DNA of 64,000 nucleotides. Source: Staphylococcus phage pSco-10. The notes beneath the pieces are model-generated. The model saw only the letters and a program-made list of their open reading frames with translations, ran no database searches and was not told the origin of the DNA. The stretch lies in sequence record KX011028.1; one strand, written 5' to 3'. Below, piece by piece: positions 55,928 through 64,000 of the stretch (positions are counted from its first letter, which is position 1; each line of letters begins with the position of its first letter). A program made the position numbers and the translations under genes.

Positions 55928-58900
55928 CTAGTTTTCATCCCTAGTAGTAACCATAAGTCTACGAACACGAGGACGTAAAAAGCTATTTTCAGTTGATAAG
56001 TCTAATCTAACTTGTAGTTTAGTATTTGTTCCTGATGATTTTACTTTCTCGTCAATGACGTAGCGTGTAAACTCATTGTTGGCTCTAGTAGTTGTAGGTG
56101 ATTTAGTAAATGTTTTCCAAGTTTTCCCATCATCATCAGAGTACTTAGGAACAACTTTAGTACCTCTAGGTAAGAAAGCTTCATAACTAAATCTTATTGT
56201 ATTGTAAGGAGCCTCTGTCATATCAATAGCTCTGCCGATATATGAGCCTGTTAATTCTGTTAAGAATGTAGTGAATGTTAAATCATTAGAGCTCATTAGT
56301 GGTGAGATATATCTATTTGATTCAAAAGTTGCTCTTAACTTAATTTGTCTTGCTAAACCTAAAACATCTAAGTCTTGGTAGTTACCAATAGGCTCCCATT
56401 TCAATTGGTCGAATGTTGTAGAAGATGCCATATCATCTAAAATAACTTTCATTTCCCATGTACATCCTGTTCTCTCAGGAGTTAAGTACGTAGACATAAG
56501 AACTATTCTATCTGCAGATACATCTTTAATTGGTTCGAATTCAATTGTTGCTGTCTCATTAAATTTAGAAGTATAGATACCAAATTTAAGGTCAGAGTTT
56601 TGATGTGGAGTCCATGTTGATGCGTTTGATGAGCTGAATAATACACCTTGAATGTAAGGGTTACCTGAGATAACCTCATTAGGTTTATCAATCTTAGGCT
56701 TAGTTCTAGTACCTACCCACATCGTATAATCACTGTTCTCAGTAATAATAACGATAGCGTATTCCTTACCGCCTTCAGCCATCATAGGGTCATCAAAGTA
56801 TACTCTAGTTTCAGCACTAGCATTATTAGATACTTTAATATCATCAGCATTCAGAACTGTTTCTGCATAGATTGTTTTATTAGGATACCCTTGGTCACCC
56901 ATACCTCTAATTTGGATAGTAACATTAGATTGTTTATCACCTTTAGAAGCAAAGTATAAACCTAGTGATGAAATAGTTCTGTTTTCATCATATTGGAATG
57001 ATTGTGCTAATGGGTCTACTAAGTTTACTGTTACACGAGTTCTGATAATAATATCTTGAACGGTTTTTTTACGTCCTTGAGCTGTGTAAGTTGTAGCACT
57101 TGTAGAGTTAGCATTCTTAAGTGTAACTTCTCGGTTACCGCAACGAATACCTGCAGGAATAGTAAATTTACCTTTAGCTGTTCCTTTTGCATCTGTCATG
57201 ATAGTTCCATCTTCAGAACCTTTTCTGTAACCAGTTGCAGGAGTAATAGGACATCTTACACCATCAAATAATAAATATAAGTTATTATCATTAGGGTTTA
57301 GTCCTTTAACTTCGAAGGATACATCTCTGATTCTGATGAACTCAATCATTTCTTCTAGAGTACGTTGTCCTCCTGATTCTAATAAAGTACCAGTACGTCC
57401 GTGCTCTCTATCGTAAGCGTAAGTTTCACCTTTCCACTTTTGCCCTGCATCTAATTGTAAATTAGAGTACAAGTAATGCTCAGTCTCACCATAGTAACTT
57501 TCATTATGTCTCCAAAATCGTTTCATAGTTACTTTCTTAGTTTTTTGTTCAGTGATTGTAACATTTTCAGTATCAATCCAGTTATCCTCACTAGGTGTTA
57601 GTTTCAATACACCTTGTTTATTAGGGATATTATAAGGGTTAACATTTAATGTTTCTGATGCTTGACCTTGATAGATTGTACGCTCTTCAGTAAATGGTGC
57701 TGAAATTAATCTACCCCAAATATGAGCTGTTGTATCTCCAGGAATAATCTGCGGTTGGTTAACTGCTTCTGTATAAGCTAAAGTAGCTTCTGCGTCTTCA
57801 AAACTAAATACAACACCAAAGTCAGGGTGTGTAATATCTGATTTATCTAGACTAATGAAACCTTCACTAAATACTGAACGTAACGTTAGAGGGTTCTGTC
57901 CTTCCATTGCACCATCATCTAAGGCATTTACTGCTTGGTTATACTCTAAGTTGTCTACTCTTGTTTTTACTTTTTGTAAGTCTTCCATAGATAATCTAGT
58001 GATTGCAAATGAAATACAAACTGCTTCATCTGAATCAGGTAATACTGTAACTGTACCTAATTGTAAATTCTCAGGGTCTGTATTTAATGGAGGTGTAACT
58101 AATCTCATAATGTTAGGCTCACCAGGTAATATTGCAATATCACCATACTTATTAATAAACACTGAATCTTTACGAGCCAAGTAGTAAGTATAGTCTACTA
58201 ATACTACTGTTTGGTCAATAGGTTTAGCTCCATTTGAAGGTGTAAAGTTAATGTACCATTTCTTACTTAACCCTTCACCTTGAGTTGTTACTTCATAATC
58301 TTTACCAACTTCCATACGTTTATTATATTTATAAGAAACATAGTATGAAGTACCGCCTGAGGGTTCTTGTCCTTGAGGTGACCAGTCAATCGTTTGACCG
58401 TCTGTTAATCTGAAGTCTTCTCCTTGTTTATATTCTTTTGTAGTAACTCCAGGGCTTGTTTCAGTCCAAACTTTTACAATCTCAAACGCTGTATTATTAG
58501 ATAAGAAGTCTTGACCGTCACCTTCTGCTCCTCTAGTAACTCGTTCTTTTTCAATAAGTACTTGACCTGTAACACGTTTTATTTCGTTTACAGGGCTATT
58601 AGCTAAACTAATAGAATTACTAGATTTATTGAAAACTGTACTTTCATTCTCTGCCGTACCTAAGTCATAAGATTTTGGTACACTAATTCTTGTTGATACG
58701 GGTTTATCTACTTTAAAACCTTTTACATAGGCTTTACCTGCATCTACAACTACAGAAACGTGGTCATCATCTTCAGCATTACCTTCTGAGAATAACTCAA
58801 AACCACTTACTTTATATGAACCTGATTCATCATAAGTACGTTCAGCTAATACTTTATTGATTTTATCCATCTCAGCATTAGTTGATTGGATGTATAAATC

Positions 58901-59389
58901 TCCGTCCATGAAAGTATAAATAGTTGCTGTAGTAGGGTCATTAACAGTTAATGACATCTTTTCTTCTAATCTATCTGCACCTTTAGAGAAGTAACTTGGT
59001 ACTCCACTAGTCTGATCTAATAGACTAGCATCTTCATCAGGTGTTATGATGCGTTCTGTTAACTTGATACCTATAGTTTCTTTACCTACTCCAGTTAGTT
59101 TAACTGAGTCATTGCTATCATAATATCTTATTTTACCATTGATATATACATAACCAGGATTGATTGTCAATACATTATCTTCAGATAATGTGAATCCAAG
59201 TCCTGATTGTTTATCTCCGTCTTTAAAAATAGCGTCTCCTAGATTTTTTAAATAATATTGGTCTATAGACTGCATTTCATTTAATTCTGCCTGTTGTAGA
59301 GGTCTATCAGGATTAAATAATACTTTTGTTCTATCTTTAGACGGGTCAAATCTATCTAAATAAGGTGAACCTTTAAAATTAATTGCCAT
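55928..59389 (-). CDS. large tail fibre / adsorption-associated tail protein (1153 aa)
   Basis: size and position; Kayvirus-like phages encode an about 1150-aa tail protein here (from memory). Confidence 0.6.
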   Translation of the reverse strand: MAINFKGSPYLDRFDPSKDRTKVLFNPDRPLQQAELNEMQSIDQYYLKNLGDAIFKDGDKQSGLGFTLSEDNVLTINPGYVYINGKIRYYDSNDSVKLTGVGKETIGIKLTERIITPDEDASLLDQTSGVPSYFSKGADRLEEKMSLTVNDPTTATIYTFMDGDLYIQSTNAEMDKINKVLAERTYDESGSYKVSGFELFSEGNAEDDDHVSVVVDAGKAYVKGFKVDKPVSTRISVPKSYDLGTAENESTVFNKSSNSISLANSPVNEIKRVTGQVLIEKERVTRGAEGDGQDFLSNNTAFEIVKVWTETSPGVTTKEYKQGEDFRLTDGQTIDWSPQGQEPSGGTSYYVSYKYNKRMEVGKDYEVTTQGEGLSKKWYINFTPSNGAKPIDQTVVLVDYTYYLARKDSVFINKYGDIAILPGEPNIMRLVTPPLNTDPENLQLGTVTVLPDSDEAVCISFAITRLSMEDLQKVKTRVDNLEYNQAVNALDDGAMEGQNPLTLRSVFSEGFISLDKSDITHPDFGVVFSFEDAEATLAYTEAVNQPQIIPGDTTAHIWGRLISAPFTEERTIYQGQASETLNVNPYNIPNKQGVLKLTPSEDNWIDTENVTITEQKTKKVTMKRFWRHNESYYGETEHYLYSNLQLDAGQKWKGETYAYDREHGRTGTLLESGGQRTLEEMIEFIRIRDVSFEVKGLNPNDNNLYLLFDGVRCPITPATGYRKGSEDGTIMTDAKGTAKGKFTIPAGIRCGNREVTLKNANSTSATTYTAQGRKKTVQDIIIRTRVTVNLVDPLAQSFQYDENRTISSLGLYFASKGDKQSNVTIQIRGMGDQGYPNKTIYAETVLNADDIKVSNNASAETRVYFDDPMMAEGGKEYAIVIITENSDYTMWVGTRTKPKIDKPNEVISGNPYIQGVLFSSSNASTWTPHQNSDLKFGIYTSKFNETATIEFEPIKDVSADRIVLMSTYLTPERTGCTWEMKVILDDMASSTTFDQLKWEPIGNYQDLDVLGLARQIKLRATFESNRYISPLMSSNDLTFTTFLTELTGSYIGRAIDMTEAPYNTIRFSYEAFLPRGTKVVPKYSDDDGKTWKTFTKSPTTTRANNEFTRYVIDEKVKSSGTNTKLQVRLDLSTENSFLRPRVRRLMVTTRDEN

Positions 59390-59409
59390 TTAGAATTATC
59401 TCCCTTTCT

Positions 59410-59946
<537 letters not shown>

Positions 59947-60004
59947 TCATCTGTTGTTTTCTTTATTAATATAACATGGTATACCCACTAAATATTACTT
60001 TATA

Positions 60005-60033
60005 AGTATACCATATTATTAACTTTCTGTCAA
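60005..60033 (-). promoter_or_regulatory. promoter TTGACA-17-TATACT located inside the structural (baseplate/tail-fibre) cluster
   Basis: tgtcaa 60028..60033 on plus strand. Confidence 0.55.
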
Positions 60034-60041
60034 CTTATTTA

Positions 60042-62600
60042 TTAAACTTTTCTTAATTCTACTCTTCTTACCTTAGATGTACCATCATCATATGGTCTGA
60101 TATAAAGTCTAACATCTGTATTTAACCTTGGGTTGCTTTCAGTAGACGCTTTTGCAATAAATTCTTTTTCAACATACCCATTAGATACTTCAGATGAAGA
60201 AATAGCTAGTTCACCAAAGTTAGGGTTGGAGTTGTATAAAGATATAAATTCTAAGTTCTCTTTAAAGTCCCCCTCAATAACAAGTTTATATCTTGTTTTT
60301 TCTTGTACAGGTTCGTATAGTTCATAGTCTATATACTGAGAGCGTGTTGCTGTTCTTTCAACAAATCCATTTTTAATAATACTTGTATTTGGTAACTGTT
60401 CAGATATAGAATCTACTACTTTAATTCTGTTATCTACATTGAGTGACTCTGCGGTTAGTAACTCTTCTTTTAGTTCACTTATTAATCTACTAGAACCTAA
60501 AGTCAATGGTTCAGTATAGTTAGTTAAAGTATAAGCTAACCTATCTAAATCAGTATAAGCACCTACGTCAAATAAAGTAGCTTTAATAACTTCTCCAGTA
60601 GCCCCGTCAAATACTCCACCTTCAGTATCTTTAACTATTTTCATAGAACCTAAATCAATATCGGATAATTTATCTATATCTTGCCATACAGCATTAAAGT
60701 AATCATTAGACATATTAGATAAGGAACCTTCTTGATTATTAAGTTCACCTAATTTAACATTCCAAATAGAACGTAATGATACTTTTGACATTGGATTTAT
60801 ATTAGAATAATCTACAGTCTGTAATCCATATAAATCTATTAATATATTAGGTACTATAGTTTCACCCTCAGGTATTTCAGTTAATGCTGTCAGTTCTTCC
60901 CAAGCATCACCATAATAAGAATATTCAAATTTAATATTTGGAATTAAAACATCACTATTTAATTCAAAACTGTGTATATTAGTTTTGACATTACCATATG
61001 ATAATATCAAACTATTAGAGTTATCTTCTAAAATAGTACTTGGGATATTATTAGTGTTATTATCTACAGTAATAATTTCTATATGATTACTTAGGTTATC
61101 AATATCTCCTGATACTCTTAGATAACCTATAGGCTGAAAACCTGTTTTACTTATAATATCTCCGTTATTCAGAGAAGTTAGTTTAAATGCTTCTACATAA
61201 GTCTCTCTAGATATATCTAAATAATTCTCTACTAATGCTTTATAAGGTTTTATTGTATAAATACTTCGTTCATAGTAATAAAACATTAAATCTAGGTAAT
61301 TAACTTTAATATCTACTGAATCTCTTCTACCCGCATTTATCTCTAATCTAGTAAACATATTTAATTCACTGTTTAGATAATCTTTTATATATCCTATATT
61401 GCTCCCGATATTTTTTTCATAGAAAGATAAGTTATTAATTGATACTGTAAGCCATCTATTAATAGAGAAGTCATAAACTTGTAATTTAATTTCTATACTT
61501 TCATCAGGAGGTAGTACAGCACTAAGATAGTAATCAATACTTAATTCTTTTATATAATCAGATACAATTCTTCTAGACTCATCAGATTGTAAATCTACCT
61601 GAGGTCTGTACTTGCTCATATAATCTCTAAAGTTAAAGTTATTGTATAAGTAAGACACACCGGAAGTAGTTTGCATATTAAGTTCTACTGTATTGTTATT
61701 CTTAATACTAGTATACATATAGTAGTCAGTAGGTACTTCTTGTCCTCTACCTTCTGTACTAGCACTTATTTGATTTACAGAAGATGTCATACTTGGGTTA
61801 TAAACATATGATGTTACGTATCCATAGTTAACATATTGTCTACCTACACTAGAGGAACCAGTTAAAACATCTAAGCTATTAATCAAACTATGATTTGTTT
61901 TAAAAATGTCTGATGAACTATTATCGTTATCTTTACTTTGATTCATATTCAAATGACCATAAAATGTATCATCATAACCTATAAATCTATCAAACTCTTG
62001 ATATGTTTCAATTTTAGGTAGTCCATCTAACCACTTAATAATTGCTCCGCCCCTAATAGTAGAAGCCCCATCATAAGTGACATATAAAGTTACACCTGCA
62101 GGTTTGAATTCATTAATTACATCTATAATTTCTACAGGGAAATAATCACCTATAGAGACATTAATAACAGCAAATCTATAATAGTATCCCATTAAATGGT
62201 CTTCTCCATTTAAATGTGATTTGTTAGTATAGAAAATATTTGTAAAAGGCTCATACACACTTACATCAATATCATCTCTACCTAAATAATCTTTTATAGC
62301 ATCTATTATAGCATTATTAGTTCCTCTTTTCAAGAGTAAGTATCGTATAATTCTTGCTCTATAAGTTGTATCATCTTCATTTGCTCTTCTATATACACCA
62401 AACCAGTCTCCAAATTTATCTAGATATTCACTCGTTGCGGTCTTTAGAGAAGACTGTAACTTACTTTCTATAGCATCCCTTTCTACTTGATTCATCTCTT
62501 CATTGAGTGCATCTATCAGAGCAAAGTTAGGGTCTTGATTATCTTTTGTATTTCTATTTCTTCTTAACAATGGATGAAGATTTTTTAAAAAATTAGCCAC
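60042..62600 (-). CDS. baseplate/tail-fibre structural protein (852 aa)
   Basis: position after baseplate J-like gene. Confidence 0.55.
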   Translation of the reverse strand: MANFLKNLHPLLRRNRNTKDNQDPNFALIDALNEEMNQVERDAIESKLQSSLKTATSEYLDKFGDWFGVYRRANEDDTTYRARIIRYLLLKRGTNNAIIDAIKDYLGRDDIDVSVYEPFTNIFYTNKSHLNGEDHLMGYYYRFAVINVSIGDYFPVEIIDVINEFKPAGVTLYVTYDGASTIRGGAIIKWLDGLPKIETYQEFDRFIGYDDTFYGHLNMNQSKDNDNSSSDIFKTNHSLINSLDVLTGSSSVGRQYVNYGYVTSYVYNPSMTSSVNQISASTEGRGQEVPTDYYMYTSIKNNNTVELNMQTTSGVSYLYNNFNFRDYMSKYRPQVDLQSDESRRIVSDYIKELSIDYYLSAVLPPDESIEIKLQVYDFSINRWLTVSINNLSFYEKNIGSNIGYIKDYLNSELNMFTRLEINAGRRDSVDIKVNYLDLMFYYYERSIYTIKPYKALVENYLDISRETYVEAFKLTSLNNGDIISKTGFQPIGYLRVSGDIDNLSNHIEIITVDNNTNNIPSTILEDNSNSLILSYGNVKTNIHSFELNSDVLIPNIKFEYSYYGDAWEELTALTEIPEGETIVPNILIDLYGLQTVDYSNINPMSKVSLRSIWNVKLGELNNQEGSLSNMSNDYFNAVWQDIDKLSDIDLGSMKIVKDTEGGVFDGATGEVIKATLFDVGAYTDLDRLAYTLTNYTEPLTLGSSRLISELKEELLTAESLNVDNRIKVVDSISEQLPNTSIIKNGFVERTATRSQYIDYELYEPVQEKTRYKLVIEGDFKENLEFISLYNSNPNFGELAISSSEVSNGYVEKEFIAKASTESNPRLNTDVRLYIRPYDDGTSKVRRVELRKV

Positions 62601-62620
62601 GGCTTAAGTTTCACCTCTCT

Positions 62621-63667
62621 TTACTTTAGTTCTACTTTTATTTCTCCTGCTCTAATAATTCCTTGTGGTGGTACTATAATATTCTCATCTAAGTTATCAA
62701 ATGACACATCATAGATTAATACATCATCAATATTCATTATAGCTTGAATAAGGTCTGTAATTATTAGGTCATCAGAAGTTTTTAAATTATTTAAATAGCT
62801 TCTAATAACACCTTCAATATGTTTTTGTAATGTATCACCAATTCTAGATTTATTAGATATAGTTACTGTAGCAGAAACATTAACTTCTTCTTTTTCTACT
62901 CCCGTAACATCTAACATTATACCACTTGGTCTATAGTCTTGTAAAGCACTAATTATATCTTCTTTTAAAGTATTTGATAAATTACCATTTTTATCATGAG
63001 CAAACACTGTTATATGCCCTGTTTCTTCATAAACATAAACACCCTCTACATCAGGTATTTGTAACGCCCCGTATCTCACTGATTTATTAGTTGCTCTTCC
63101 TCTAGATTCTACAAAAGAGTGAAACCTACGCTTAAAGTCTTCTTGGCTCTCTTCTTTAGTTCCTGTATTAAAAGAGTATTCATTATTAACACTTCTAATC
63201 AAACTAGAACCTGATGCTATAGTGTTAATTGTTCCTTCAGGAACATTACCTGCAACTCCTGTTTCTTTACAATAAACTTCAACAACAATCTCAGTAGAAT
63301 CAGGCTCTGCATAATAATCAACTAATGTTTCAAATTGCTGAGGGTATTCTTGTCGTGTTGAAGTAAAAGTTGTTCCTGCAGGTATATACATTCTCATATC
63401 CAAGGGTTGATAGAATTGAATGGTAACATTACCATAAGCCCTTTTCGATTGTCTCTTTTGGAAATCAAAAGCCTCAATAATACCTTCTTGTATACCCCAA
63501 TCAATATTTTCTTTTGTCAAGATATAAAATTGCTCTATCTCTAATGCTACAGCTTCTAATAGTGAACGAGAAGCTGAACCAGGGGTAAAGTCTGTTATCT
63601 TACTTGTACCTGCCATTGTCTTATCCATTAATTTTGATAGTATGTTAGTTAATTTTCTAGTTTTCAT
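62621..63667 (-). CDS. baseplate J-like (gp6/gpJ family) protein (348 aa)
   Basis: position after gp25-like gene; size. Confidence 0.5.
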   Translation of the reverse strand: MKTRKLTNILSKLMDKTMAGTSKITDFTPGSASRSLLEAVALEIEQFYILTKENIDWGIQEGIIEAFDFQKRQSKRAYGNVTIQFYQPLDMRMYIPAGTTFTSTRQEYPQQFETLVDYYAEPDSTEIVVEVYCKETGVAGNVPEGTINTIASGSSLIRSVNNEYSFNTGTKEESQEDFKRRFHSFVESRGRATNKSVRYGALQIPDVEGVYVYEETGHITVFAHDKNGNLSNTLKEDIISALQDYRPSGIMLDVTGVEKEEVNVSATVTISNKSRIGDTLQKHIEGVIRSYLNNLKTSDDLIITDLIQAIMNIDDVLIYDVSFDNLDENIIVPPQGIIRAGEIKVELK

Positions 63668-63681
63668 AATTTAATCCTTTC

Positions 63682-63987
63682 CTATTCAAATAAAGCAAAA
63701 ATTCCTTCCTCGTCTTGTCCTAAAACAAAATTTATTGATTCTTCAACAGATTTTATCTCTACTGAAAATTGTCCTGAATAAACATTACCTTGTATTTTCC
63801 AATCAACTAAGTTAGCTGATTTTACTCTATTATCTGCTGTTAATGTTCTCAATACTTCCATTTCAATTAATGTAGCTTGTTCAGGTATATTAAGACCAAA
63901 TAAATTATGCAAATCTGAACCATAGTTAGGGTGAAGCATTAAAGAACCTCTAGGGGTTAATAACCGTGCCTGTAATTGTTGCTTCAT
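63682..63987 (-). CDS. baseplate wedge protein, gp25/GPW-like (101 aa)
   Basis: gp25-like size and pattern (LLTPRGS...HPNYGSDLH). Confidence 0.55.
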   Translation of the reverse strand: MKQQLQARLLTPRGSLMLHPNYGSDLHNLFGLNIPEQATLIEMEVLRTLTADNRVKSANLVDWKIQGNVYSGQFSVEIKSVEESINFVLGQDEEGIFALFE

Positions 63988-64000
63988 GTTGTCTATACCT

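Overview
The window is a 64 kb segment of a low-GC, large virulent myophage genome, SPO1/Twort/Kayvirus-like (Herelleviridae) in gene content; the lineage is inferred from memory, not searched. All convincing genes lie on the minus strand; every plus-strand ORF in the track is antisense to a better minus-strand gene and is treated as spurious. Reading from the right end leftwards, the order is as follows. (i) A baseplate/tail-fibre module spans 63987..52044: a gp25-like wedge protein, a baseplate J-like protein, an 852-aa baseplate protein, a 1153-aa tail fibre, and two receptor-binding-protein paralogs that share an N-terminal anchor. (ii) A replication/recombination/nucleotide module spans 51955..24284: an SF2 helicase, a Rep-like protein, a DnaB/RecA-fold ATPase, SbcD/SbcC-like nuclease subunits, a primase, an Hjc-like resolvase, NrdI, NrdE, NrdF, a thioredoxin-like protein, an HU-like protein, a family-A DNA polymerase, a RecA/UvsX-like recombinase, an SSB-like protein and a sigma-factor-like protein. 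NrdE is interrupted by two group I introns and the polymerase by one; each intron carries a homing endonuclease gene (HNH, GIY-YIG, HNH). (iii) A region of many small 'early/host-takeover'-type genes spans 22645..79, including membrane proteins, two metallophosphoesterases, a PD-(D/E)XK protein and free-standing HNH/Vsr-like endonucleases. Nearly every one of these genes is preceded by a near-consensus TTGACA-N17-TATACT/TATAAT promoter, and several promoters are physically fused to rho-independent terminator hairpins. No tRNA, rRNA or CRISPR array was found. The track's ATG/GTG/TTG longest-ORF rule over-extends many N-termini, and at least six short genes (24-59 aa) that it missed are proposed.
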